Notes: generated by a model from the letters alone, not told the origin. Shown: positions 23,436-35,757, numbered from the stretch's first letter. The stretch is 46,514 bases of DNA from Octopus sinensis (GCF_006345805.1 NW_021834629.1:1-46514); one strand, 5' to 3'. Numbers and translations are program-made.

Positions 23436-24291
23436 TATATTGGTTGCATATTCGATATATATATATATATATATATGTTCGATGCATTTATATTGGATGA
23501 AATTTAAGTATACTGTATATTAGATGTAACTAAAAATTTATGTAAGACCTAGGGTGTATCATCATAATTTATAGAAAAAATTGACGGTGGAACAGCATGT
23601 AAAGTTCATAATATTTCTTCGTGGAATTTAACAATTTATTCACTGGAATATTATTTGCTCACAGCTGCCAGCCTCTTTAATGGTAAACTTCCAATGGCAC
23701 CAACCACATGTTGGCTGACGATGACTGCTGTCTTTAACAGAACATCAACATGTGAATGGATAGCTGGGTGGATGGATGGATGGATGGACTTCCCGTCCAT
23801 TGGTGTAACAGGTTGGTGTGTATAGCCAAGTCCCGGCTTCTTGGTATGCGACAATGTTACATCGTTTTAATACTTCGAAAACTCACTGAATGAAGAAGGC
23901 TCTTCGCATTATTATGTCGAGTTGACAACTCACAGTCTCTCTCTAACAAGAGTTAACAGATGTATGTGTGTGTGTGTTTCCATTGATACTCGTATTAGAC
24001 AACTCCAGTACACACACACAACACAAATAACAGAGTTAAGCGCGCTTGTTTTCATTGATATCAGTTTTAGATTACTCATTTACACACACACACACACACA
24101 CACACATCTTTTCCAACAGTTTATTATATGGACTTTTCTTTCCTCTTTTTATTTGACTATTTTTCGTTTCTACTTAACACCGCCCCACCCCTAATCAGTA
24201 TACACCCCACCATCCGCGCATGTGCATAAAAATAATAGTGATAGAGAGAGCGAAGGATCATTTTGTAGAGGAAATTTGTAAAGAAAGACAC

Positions 24292-24659
24292 GGGCGTGGC
24301 TGTGTGGTAAGAAGCTTGCTTCCCAACCACATTGCTCCAGGTTCAGTCCCACCGAGTGGCACCTTGGGCAAGTGTCTTCTAATATAGTCTTGGGCAGACC
24401 CAAAACCTTTTTAGTAGACGGAAACTGAACGAAGACCGTCATATGCCTGTGTTTGTCCCACCACCACTGTTTGACAACAGGTATTCGTTTGTTTACATCC
24501 CCGTAACTTAGCAGCTTGGCAAAACAGACCGATAGGATAGGTACCAGGCTTTTCAAAAAAAAAAACAATACTGGGATCAATTCATTTCATTCGACTAAAA
24601 AATTCTTCGAGGGATGCCCCAGGATAGTCACGGTCTAATGACTGAAACAAGTAAAAGAG
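24292..24659 (+). mobile_element. SINE family B, near full length
   Basis: gggcgtggctgtgtggtaagaagcttgcttcccaaccac..caccttgggcaagtgtcttct..actgaaacaagtaaaagag. Confidence 0.9.
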
Positions 24660-25404
24660 GAAAGGTAGCAACAGTCACCGGTGTATTTGCTAAAACATGT
24701 TCACACCCATGGGGTACATACACACACATACTTGAATCAGTGGATGGACACACACACACACTGACGAGCGCATTAACAAGAACCGTCTTTTGAATACGGC
24801 ACGAGACACGTGTAAACATTTCTTCCTTTCTTCTTTCTTTCATTCTCTCTCTTTCATATATATATAAGTTTGAAAGAGAGGGATAGGGGGGGATGGAGTG
24901 TGTGTGTGTGCGTGTGTGTGATTATGTATACAGGTGTATACATTTGTATATATATATATATATATATATAAATCTTAGGGTAGCAAAAATATTTATAGAA
25001 AAATTCTTTGTCTAGGAAAAATAGGGTAAATGTTGTTTTTATTTTTCATTCCCTTTCAGAATTGCAACAATTACTGGCTTGGAGTTTTAACTGCTCTTTC
25101 TAGTGTGTCAAATGTACCTATCAATGGTCATCTCTTATGTGTTTGAATGTACACTGTATCCTCATACACACACACACACACACACACACATGTATACACT
25201 GGCATACATACACAGTTCACTTTGAATGTTGTCTTTTAAAGTACAAAAACCATCTTCTCCGCCTCCCCCCTCTCCCCTTGCCGCCTCTTTCCCCTCGAGC
25301 CATCGATGACCCCGATATTGCGATCCGGTGTTATTGAACAGATCCAATAAATAAATTCACCGAACAGCATGTTGGAAAGTCAACCAGCGCAACTGCTACG
25401 GCAC

Positions 25405-25530
25405 ACCACGACGACGACGACGATAGTGGTGGTGGTGATGGTGGTGGTGGTGGTGACGATGGTTAGCACGGCAACGATAATGAAGACGATGATGATGATG
25501 ATTATCATCATGATGATGGTAATGGTGACA
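25405..25530. repeat. Mixed trinucleotide tract (GAC/GGT/GAT)n
   Basis: Direct reading; a similar (GAT/GGT)n then (CAA/CAC)n tract lies at ~30630-30900. Confidence 0.9.
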
Positions 25531-25585
25531 ACAGATTTAGTGAGATAAAAACAATATGACATGGATCAACAAAGAACAGAGAGAA

Positions 25586-25616
<31 letters not shown>

Positions 25617-26660
25617 TTTCGTACAGACATGTCTGTGAAGGATGTCGTGAATATGTGTGTGTCTGTGTGTGTTGCTGTGTGTGTGTGTGCCTGTGTGTAC
25701 GTGTGTGTATCTGTGTGAGCGTGTGTGTGTAGCTGTGTGTGTGAGCGCGCCTGTTGTGTGTGTTTATTTATGTAGCAGGGCATTGTCATATGTCTAGTTG
25801 ACAACGAATACACACACACACACACACACACACCGGTCTGTCTCTCTCTCTCCCTCCCTCCCTCCTCTCTCTCTCACACACACACACACGCACACACTCA
25901 CACTTGTGAAGGGTATAAGTGAATATGCATATTGCTCTGAATGCGTGTTTATTGATGTAACTCTGTGCATACAGGAGACGAGCAATGCTGTGTATGTTTG
26001 CGCTAAATCGAGCAGAAATATAGACAACCACAACCACACACACACACACACACCACACACACACACACGTTAAGTGTATGTTATTCTCAGTGAGTATGTA
26101 CATGTACCAATGTGTATGTACTAATGTGTGTGTGTGTCTATACTATTCATGAACCAATTCCTTATTGCATGTGTACGGCAAAGAAAGAGAGAGAGAGAGA
26201 GAGAATATGTTTATATGTATGCACTCGGCAGATGCGTATATATTTATTATACACACACACACATTTTCATCAAAAGTGTTCGTGCACAGAAATGGTCCGT
26301 CGTAGAACACCATGTAGAAGCAGCAGCAACACACACACACACATACACACACACATCTGCTGTGTGGCTGTGAACCGGCAAGGCGGTGCTTCGCTCGCTG
26401 CTCGCGTTTCGTCGGACCAGCTGATTCCATCTTCCTTCTTCGCTGTATTTATTCTTTCTTCGCATATTCTTTAATCTTTCCCCTGGCTTCAGGCAATAGG
26501 TTGCGGCCATACTGGAGCATCTCCTCCAAGGGATTTGATTCTTTCGTTAATTCCATCATATCCACCTTTAAACATATTTCAGTCCAATATTTTTATATTT
26601 TATCATTTAATTACTTTGTCTCAAGGAAATTCATTCAAAATGGTAAGGTTTTTTTTTTAT

Positions 26661-27027
26661 TCTTTTACTTGTTTCAGTCATTTGACTGCGGCCATGCTGG
26701 AGCACCACCTTTAGTCGAACAAATCGACCCCAGGACTTATTCTTTGAAAGCCTAGTACTTATTCTATCGTCGCTTTTGACGAACCGCTAAGTTACGTGGA
26801 CGTAAACACACCAACATCGGTTGTCAAGTGATGTTTGGAGGAGGGACAAACACACACATACATATATACGATGGCCTTCTTTCAATTTCCGCCTACCAAG
26901 TCCACTCACGAGGCTTTGGTCGGCCCGAGGCTATAGTAAAAGACACTTGCCCAAGGTGCCACGCAACGGGACTGAACCAGGAACCATGTGGTTGGGAAGC
27001 AAACATCTTACCACACAGCCACTCCTG
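26661..27027 (-). mobile_element. SINE family B, full length
   Basis: tcttttacttgtttcagtcatttgactgcggccatgctggagcacc..cttaccacacagccactcctg. Confidence 0.92.
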
Positions 27028-27049
27028 TGTATCTATGTATATATTTCTC

Positions 27050-27277
27050 TTATTTCTTTTCAACTGCGGCCATGCTGGGGCACAGCTTTCATGAATATTT
27101 TTTTCAGTCGAATGAATTAACTGCAGCATTTTTCTTTTTAAGCCTGATACTTATTCTATCGTATTTGTTTCTGCTTTTTTGTTTTTTGCCGAACCGCTGA
27201 GTTACGGAACGTAAACACACCAACACCAATTGGCAAGCAGTGACGGAGGACAAACAGACGCAGAGATACACACACAC

Positions 27278-27310
<33 letters not shown>

Positions 27311-27524
27311 TTCTTTACTGCCCACAAGGGGCTAAACATAGAGGGGACAAACATGGACAGACAAAGGGATTAAGTCGATTACATCGACCCCAGTGCGTAA
27401 CTGGTTCTTAATTTATCGATCCCGAAAGGATGAAAGGCAAAGTCGACCTCGGCAGAATTTGAACTCAGAACGTGAGAGACGAAATACTGCTAAGCATTTC
27501 GTCCGGCGCGCTCACCGCCTTCAA

Positions 27525-27561
<37 letters not shown>

Positions 27562-27720
27562 AATATGCACACACATGTATATAAGACGGGCTTCTTTTCA
27601 GTTTCCGTCTACCAAATCCACTCACGAGACTTCGGTCGACCCGGGGCTATAGTAGACGACATTTGCTCAAAGTGGAACTGAACCTGAATCCATGTGGTTG
27701 GGAAGCAGCGCTTGTACCGC
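27050..27720 (-). mobile_element. SINE family B interrupted by a nested family A SINE
   Basis: 3' half 27050-27290, TA tract containing the insertion, 5' half 27585-27720. Confidence 0.85.
27310..27520 (-). mobile_element. SINE family A, tail type 1, nested in the TA tract of a family B SINE
   Basis: tttctttactgcccacaagggg..gaactcagaacg..ctcaccgcct, with TA runs on both sides. Confidence 0.9.
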
Positions 27721-28906
27721 TTGACTACAATTCTAGAGCAAGAGACCACTACAGTATAGGTACAGACCTTTACACTACAGCTACTAAGCACTAAACCATA
27801 TCTACCAATCATTGGACTCTACTTACATAACCATATTCAAAAACTTGATTCTGTAAACCAGTCTTGCTTGACCTTTAATCTTTCAACTCTGTGATGATGG
27901 TAAAATTAATACCAGTAATATCTACAGGGACTTCTGACGACCACATGGAATTACCTAAATTTTGCGAGGAGGGAAATTTAAGGAATTTCATCAAAAGTGG
28001 GAAGTTGTGATGTTCATACACCTCTTACATTAGCAGTGTGACTGCAGTGAAGCAGTTTGAAACACAGACCAAAACTACATCGCTGAATCACGTTGCTTTT
28101 TACCACACGTCAAACAACAAGTAGTACCAGTAATACACCCGTGTCAATTGTAAACAATATAATGTTTAATTTCAAAATTACTTGGTCGAAGTGTATTGTG
28201 AATGACAGAATCGGTGGAGCACTAAATAAAATGGTTTGTGTATTTAGTTACTGCCATTTGCGTTGCAAGTCCACATAATTTTTTCAACTGCTAGAGTCGA
28301 TGTAGTAAGTACCAGTCATACATTGAGGGTTGGTTCGAGCAACGACCCTCCTTTCAAAAGATGTGTGGCCATGTATCAATGTACTTATATTTGACAAAGG
28401 TTCCAGTGTGTAACTATGTACCAAAGGGCAGCTATGCGGCGCCAGTGTGTGATCAGGTACCAGTGCAAGGTAGACTTAGTTTGAAGAGAAGAAACAGGGA
28501 CAGAGCAAATACTTCTTTTAAAAGGTCCTCCCAGACATGAGAGGTTCTGGTTATCGAGGTTTTTAACCTCAGGGAGGTCCTCATCCAAGTAGATCCAGTA
28601 TTCACAGGTAGTCAGACGATCCACAGACCCGTTGCTCCGTATACATCATAACCAGCACCGTCACATACAGAAACACAATATAACAGTGTGGTGTGTCATA
28701 CAGTTGATGTTTAACTTCAACTGCTAGAGACCAAAGGCTTTAGGGACATCGTAGACAACGATGGAGATCTGTACAACATGTAAGCTAAGATTTTAGTAAT
28801 GTAGTTAGTATGGATGTCAAGAGGTTGAAGAGACAAGGTGTGCATCGCGCTGTAGGGTGCTTACTGGGTGCGAAGAGCAGAAACATACAATTGTCGAGAG
28901 AAAGAC

Positions 28907-28980
28907 GAGATGGTCATGACTGGAACACTTCGGATCAGAGGCCTTCTATATCAGGGTTGACGTTGAGTCAAACAACAGAA
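28907..28980 (+). mobile_element. Old interspersed repeat family D (retroposon 3' end with (AAC)n-like tail)
   Basis: gatggtcatgactggaacac..gagtcaaacaacag; related reverse-strand copies at ~16610-16790, 42945-43010, 43440-43590 and 43750-43892. Confidence 0.55.
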
Positions 28981-29330
28981 GCAATATTTCCGCATATCTG
29001 TCGTCGATTTTGAAAAAGTCATGAACGACCCAACACAATTCACCTCTGTGTTTTCAAACGCAGCAGTAACTCCGACATCACGACCCACCAGTGGCGGTTC
29101 GTGTATCGAAAAATAAAATACAAAAATCCTGTGTAGAACTGTGCACTTCACAGTTCCAGCGATGCGGTGTTCGGCAGTTGTGCGCATGCTCACATGTCCA
29201 AGATAGGAAGCGTCACACAAGAGAGAGAGAGCACTGCGTGAACGGTATTGACGGGTGAAAGGTAGAGTTTCTTTTTGACTCTGCGTGTGTTGTCCTTAAA
29301 AACCTGTTTATATTCTTGAATGTGATAAAC

Positions 29331-29797
29331 CAGGAATGGGGAAACTGTTTAGTGCAATATGCAAAAATTTCCAAAGAAAAAGGTCCGCGGGCGGATCACA
29401 GGTTCTAATTCTTATATCTGTGTAAATCTTGTATATATCTATGTTTAATTCAATAAACATTAATTAATAAAGATAAGTTTAACACATTAAATTAACGCGT
29501 AACATCTTCATTAATGTTGCCACTGAATTTAGGACATTTATATTTGCAGTATTCTATATTTTTCTGCTAGAGTGTAGTTGGGTCTCAAGAAGGTGGTACA
29601 AACCTAGCAGTGTTTTATTGTGAAAACAAAACGTCCACTCAAGTGGAACAATCTCTGCTCGAGTCTAACCGATTAAAGTCGTAGTGGAAATGCGGCCTAT
29701 TTTGCAAATAGGAATATGAATACTGTATAAATTTTATAACTGAAAACTTTATATTTTTAATACATATGAGTATATCGGCCTGCGGGCGCAACCCCTG
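29331..29797. mobile_element. 467-bp hAT-type MITE
   Basis: Ends caggaatgggg / caacccctg with subterminal ccgcggg and cctgcggg motifs; 8-bp TSD tgataaac (29323-29330) / tgataaag (29798-29805). Confidence 0.75.
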
Positions 29798-31080
29798 TGA
29801 TAAAGTATGATAAAATGTAGAATTAGCTTATTATCCTGCTTCCAGCTTCAGTATTACTGCCAGGATTTGAAAACTAGGGCACATTCCCCCACCCCCACTT
29901 ACATTGTGATTTAGGAGGGGATTTTTGAAAAACAAGGGGGAATTCGCGGCGGTGTTCAGTGAGCGAATTAAACACACTACTCAGCAATGGCTAAAACGCG
30001 AACCGATCAAGTTTATGTATAAATATTCTTTTTATGTTTGTTTCTTTCTACACGATATCAAAACGGCTAGAAATTTTCTGAAGCAGCACCCTGACTAATT
30101 TCAACTACCAACCGCCACTGTGACCCACGGACTTATTGCATCTCCTCCGCCTCACCGCTATTGTGGTCTCTGCTCCACACAGCATAGTGTGGTCATCTCC
30201 ATTCACGTAATCCACTTCATCTCCTCCTCCTCCCGCCACCCATATTGTATCCCTCTTCTTCCTCCCAGGCCCTACCCTCTCGACCTCGTCCAATCCTTCT
30301 TCCCTATTTTCCCTGCAGCTGCCCACCTGCCACCATTGCACAAAGACATTAACCCCGTTAATCTCACTGGTATCAGACGACCTACGAAAGCCAATGAACA
30401 CCACCGTTGCCCCCCCCCCAACTCTGCTCCAGATCAAACAATGAAAATAAAAATAAAATAAAATAAAATACATCAGCGGAGTCATGATTGAATATTTGGA
30501 TATAGACACATTGTGATGATGCAGGGAAAAAAGGGACAGGGAGGGAGTTCTAAGGGGTTGACGTTTGAGGGGAGGAAGGATTGGACGAGGTAGACTGGGA
30601 GGGGGCCTTGAAGGAAGTGAAGGGATACTGTGATGGATGCGATGATGACGGTGATGATGGTGATGGTGGTAGTGGTAATGGTGGTGGTAGTGGTGATTGT
30701 GGTAGTGATGATGGTGGTGGTGGTGATGATGATGAAACTATTGAAACTTGTTGCATAACAACAACATAAACAACAACAACAACCACAGATCTCCCACCAT
30801 GACCATCAAAACAACCTCTACAACAGTAGCAATCACCAACTCTGCTGACCCGCAACAACCGCCACCCCAACCACCACCATCACAACCCGAATCCCCATAA
30901 ATCATTTTTATTATTTCCTGGCAAACAGACCCCCCACCGCCATCTTCTTTCCCCTTCCTCCTCCCCCTCCCATCCACTAAACAAAATAAAGTCGTTTCGG
31001 TTGGCAAAATTTTATCAAAAACAAACGAAAAAAAACAAAAACAAAACACCACCACCACCACCATTCTTTTATTGTTTTGT

Positions 31081-31285
31081 TCTTTTTCCTTGTTTCAGTC
31101 ATCAGAATGCGGCCATGCTGTGGCACTGCCTTGAACAAATCGACCACAGTACTTTTTTGCTTCAAGTCTGGTACTTGTATCAGTTCTCTTATTGCCGAAC
31201 CGCTAAGCGATGGGGATGTTAACAAACTTACACTGGTTGTCAAGCGGTGGGGCGTGGTGTGGGGCAAACACAAAGTCACACACAT
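31081..31285 (-). mobile_element. SINE family B, 3' half
   Basis: cttgtttcagtc..tgcggccatgctgtggcac..gccgaaccgctaag..ttgtcaagcgg. Confidence 0.85.
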
Positions 31286-31589
31286 ACACACATACTCTAA
31301 TACACACATATACACGCTAAAGTAAAAAAAAAAAGACGAAATCAATAAAAAAAACTTTTTTGCCGAGTTTCTTTGAAATAGAAATCAGCCAAAACAATTT
31401 CAGTCAGTTGTTGTTGTTTCTAAAAAGGAAATGCTCCAGTATGGGCTTGGCTGGGTTTGGTAAAACGGTAAAGACTGCTGCTGTATCACGCGATATGCAC
31501 AGACAGCAACTTATCAGTTGTGTTTGGCTTCTGGTTTTTCTTCGTATCGGACATGACATCTATTTTATGTAATATCTACGTGTGTGTGT

Positions 31590-31628
<39 letters not shown>

Positions 31629-31637
31629 TGTGTGTGT

Positions 31638-31678
<41 letters not shown>

Positions 31679-31950
31679 CGAGCGAAGAATCAACAGTTGA
31701 ACAAGTTCAAATCTCGTCCCAGAAGTGCATTAAGTCCCAAGCCGCATGCATAACACGTATAGCACTGCTCGTTCTTAGTGTCTGTGAGTGTGTGTGTGTA
31801 TGTGTGTGTGTAGTAGTAGTAGTAGTAATAGTAGTTTATACACACACATAATTTACTGATATATATGACGTCATTAAACAAGTATTTTTAGTGAAGTCTA
31901 AGTCACTGCGTGATACCGCCATGAATGTGTGTGTGCGTACGTGTGTGTGT

Positions 31951-31987
<37 letters not shown>

Positions 31988-32541
31988 ATGCGTGCGCGCG
32001 CATTTATGTATGCTCGTATAAATATACACATCTCTGTATGTAGCACGTGTGTACATATAAATGTGTGTGTGTGTGTGTGTGTCTATATATATGTATATAT
32101 ATACATATATATATATAATGCAGAAGTAATAGATACACGTGTGCATGCGTGTATAAATGCACGGTTGTATATCTACATGAATGTGAATGTATGCATGCTT
32201 GTAAGCACATATGAATGTGTATGGATGGGCGCATACGTTAACGTGTGTGTGTGTTTATACTTTTATTTGCAATGTTGTCAGCAGGACGTGACGAAGTCGA
32301 AAACTATTTTTTTTAGACTCCCGTGAACAATGTATGCAGCAGCGACATGTTATGGATGTAGCAGTGATGAGAGAGTGTATACATGTGTGAGCGTATAGCA
32401 GCAGGACCATGCATGCACACACACACACACACACACACCGTAATACAGTCAACAGCACAGCTAGGTACTACACAGCAATCCTTTATTTATTGCCCGATGC
32501 TGTAACGAGCCTGTTAATGCAGCGCCCTCTGCACCACCTCA

Positions 32542-32598
32542 GTTTCCTATAAGTGTCATCCATTACGGGACACGGCCAGCACCGGTCACATAAGGGTC
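32542..32598. ncRNA. Candidate structured element, copy C (partial)
   Basis: gtttcc..acggccagcaccggtcacataagggt aligns with copy B acggctgcacaccgtaacatcagggt; lacks the outer stem. Confidence 0.35.
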
Positions 32599-32782
32599 TG
32601 CAAAGCGATGAGAGGCCATTTTTATGGGGCAAGGTTTACATAATCGTAGAGTTTGCAGTGAATCCAGTTTGAGGAAAGAGGATTACAAATCAGCAATATC
32701 TAGTTTTTTATTAAACTCAACACCAGATGTGAGAGAATGGATGGTTAACGTTGGTTTCACTATTTCGCTTGTATTATATCTT

Positions 32783-33025
32783 ATTCAGCCTAGTGGTTAG
32801 GATGTTGCACTCACGCTCACAAGGTAGTGTAGTTTCGATTTCCAGACCAGGCGGTGCCTTTTATTCTTCAGCAAAAACAATTTTATGTTACCCCACTCCA
32901 TTCAGCTTTCATGAGTAACCCTTTCTAGGACTGGCACCCCATTCAGTGCAATGTTGTGGTTTCGGCAACTTATGTGCTACGGTAAGTGAGTAACCGGCCC
33001 TCATGAGTCCAAAGACTCGAGACAG
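32783..33025 (+). mobile_element. Old family C-like tRNA-derived SINE
   Basis: cagcctagtggttagg..tttcgatttccagaccaggcg..accggccctcatgagtcc..gactcgaga parallels 16850-17151. Confidence 0.6.
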
Positions 33026-33709
33026 CAATATTCAGTGATTGGTGATATATATTTCTATCGATCCGTGGAATGCGAAAAGTTTTAATTGACCTCGATGGCA
33101 TTTGAACTCAGAACGTCAAATGATAAAACTAAAACATTCTCCGTTGATTAATTCGAATTATTTAAATGAATTCTTCTATTAAGACAAAGTTTTGTAATTG
33201 TAAGACTGGGGTTATTTTTATTATTAACCCCTTTGATACTTATTCTACTCGGGGAGGGACATTCATAACCATTCGATGCTTTAAAGAAGTTTTTTATATT
33301 GATCGGGTCCGTCCCAAATGTGACAGCAGCTGTTCGACACAACTGTACAAGTCAGTAATGCACGAACACTGCACGGCTACTTGCAAAACGATTCCGTCTC
33401 TGCGCACAAATCGAATTGTCCTGTCTGACAACACTTTCGGCTCTAAACAGTTTGTCTCAAACCAGCACCGTCCTTTCTGGGAGTTATCGTTAGTAGATCC
33501 TGGCCTGAAAGGGCTTCGAAACTGACCAGCCAAGTTCGTCTACGTCGCTTCTCAGAATAACCCCCCCCCCCCCCACCACCGAAGACGTCCTTGCTCTCAT
33601 CCAGCATTAGTTCGCCATATATTGTTAACGTGGATCTTCTGCTAACTGCATTGTCCGAAAGTTAGAGGACAGCAAGTGACTGACAGCATCCAATAACGAT
33701 GATGTTCCT

Positions 33710-33890
33710 TTCTACAAATATAGGCACAAGGCCTGAATTTTTTTTTTTTTTTTTTTTGGTGGGGGAGGGACGAATCTATTACATCCGAAAGGATGAAAGG
33801 CAAAGTCGATCTCAACAGAATTTCAACTTGGAACATAAAGAACGAAATACCTCAAAGCATTTTGTCCGACGTCGTAACAATTCTACCGAC
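33710..33890 (-). mobile_element. SINE family A, tail type 2 (diverged)
   Basis: taggcacaaggcctgaattt..gaaaggatgaaaggcaaagtcgatctc; older remnants also at ~3190-3240, 28200-28390, 33035-33120, 34190-34320 and 37520-37700. Confidence 0.8.
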
Positions 33891-34966
33891 TGAAATGCAA
33901 TAGATCGATACTAAGGTCATAATTATGGGTGACAATTTCATATGACACCGCTAGAAAAAACTGCCGTTCAAACCGAAAAGATCCCCAAGTTACTTATTTT
34001 CTTTTAAAAAGAAAACTAGGTTCTGTCAGTGCTCTTAGACTATTCTCAAGCAGGATTTGTTAATCTTTAAGATTCTTACGCATATTTTCCAAGAAGTACC
34101 CAATTGTTTTTCTTAAATTTTTATGTAACAATGGAACCTCTTGAGTGTGTCTCAAACCATGAATAATAATAATAATAATAATAATAATGGTTCCAGATTT
34201 TGGAAGATGGGGAAGGAGTTAAGTTGATTACTTGAGTGGTAACGTTAAATTTATCGACTGCGGAAGAATGAAAAGCAAAGATGACCTCGGTAAGATTCGA
34301 AACCAGAACGTAATGTGACGGAATAATCATTTCTTTATTAGCCACAAGGGATCAACGACCAAAAAAAGCAATTTAGATGAGCGAGTAGAACAGCGTAAGG
34401 AGGCGGAGTACGCGGAACACGATAAGGAATATCAAAAGGAAAAAAAAAATCACAATTGCCGAAGGGGACGGGACTTGGGTGGCTGGGTGGTGCGGGTTAC
34501 CATTTATTAATCGCAGAGAGATTTCTCAGAGGAATTTTATTAAAGGGGAACGAAGTTATTTCCCAGTCCCTGTTCGGAGATGCCCGAAAATTCCCAGGAC
34601 CAGGTGTGATGAACCCCTGAACCAACCCCGGGTGTGACTGAACACTGAAACAAGGTCGGATATACATGAAAACGATGAGGTTTAGACGGAATAATTCTGT
34701 ATGAATGTGTGCGTGTGTGCATAGGGGGGGGGAGAAAGCGAATGCGTATAATGTATGTGCATTTGGGAGTAGGGGTGTGTGTGTGTCTTTGTGATAGTAA
34801 ATGTATGTGAGAGACTGTGTGTGTGAGAGAGAGGGAGAAAGTATATGGGTAGACATGAGTGTCTGTCTTTACGTGGGTAGGTATGCGAGAGTGAGTGGGG
34901 GGAGTAGAGAGAAAGTATGTAAGAAAGAAAGAGAGAGAGAGAGAGAGAGAGTGTGTGTGTGTGTGT

Positions 34967-35035
<69 letters not shown>

Positions 35036-35101
35036 GATTTGTATTTCTTGATCTAGGCGTTGCCAAAGCGGGGGAACACTGTATAAGAAAAAGGGATGCT
35101 A

Positions 35102-35133
<32 letters not shown>

Positions 35134-35607
35134 CGTGTGTGTGTGTGTGTGTGTGTATGTGTTATATTATTGATATATGTCTATAAACTTAAAGCGTAAG
35201 TATTGCTATAATTGCGACAAAGTTCTGAAATATATTAAAGTTAACAAGAAGACTAACACACACGCACAGAGCACTGGTGCAGAAGGAAGGAGAGAAGAAG
35301 GGAGACAGACTGCAGCAGTGAGGGTCCGGCCAGGAGAAAGAATACACGAAGACCGAGGGAGGTTGGGAAGGAGTCGTGATATTATCAGAAACTGGCATTG
35401 AGCAGATTTTACTTATAGAATATATTGTTAGACGGGTATCAAGGGTGGGGCGGGTGGGATGGATGGATAGATGGAGAGATAGATAAACATACATACATAC
35501 ATACATACATACATACACAGATAGACAGACAGATAGGTAGATACACAGATAGATTATTAGATAGATAGATAGATAGATAGATATATAGAGAGAGATAGAT
35601 AGATAAG

Positions 35608-35757
35608 TTTCTTTATTGGCCACACAGGGCTGCACACAGATGGGACAAGTTACAAGGTAGAGCTTTTCTTTTGGGGGATGAAAAAAACAAAAAACAAAAG
35701 AAACAAAAAAAAAGGGGTGGCGTAGGTTTTCGATCAAGAGGGATCGTAAAAGGGAAG
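35608..35757 (-). mobile_element. LINE-like 3' end (probably L1/Tx1) inserted in (GATA)n
   Basis: Minus strand ends ttgtcccatctgtgtgcagccctgtgtggccaataaagaaa (AATAAA plus A-rich end); (gata)n/(ggta)n on both flanks; clade assignment is from recall. Confidence 0.55.

Noticed and set aside
26403-26413. Minus-strand GACGAAACGCG resembling part of the Schistosoma hammerhead
   Set aside because: No upstream CUGANGA core and no stem I or III
28283-28729. 14-bp direct repeat ttcaactgctagag as a TSD around a 419-bp insert
   Set aside because: The first copy lies inside a decayed SINE A core, the insert has no tail, and 14-mer matches are expected by chance in 46 kb
33166-33533. Overlapping 119-aa (+) and 79-aa (-) ORFs in unique DNA
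   Set aside because: No recognisable motif or convincing splice context; length is compatible with chance
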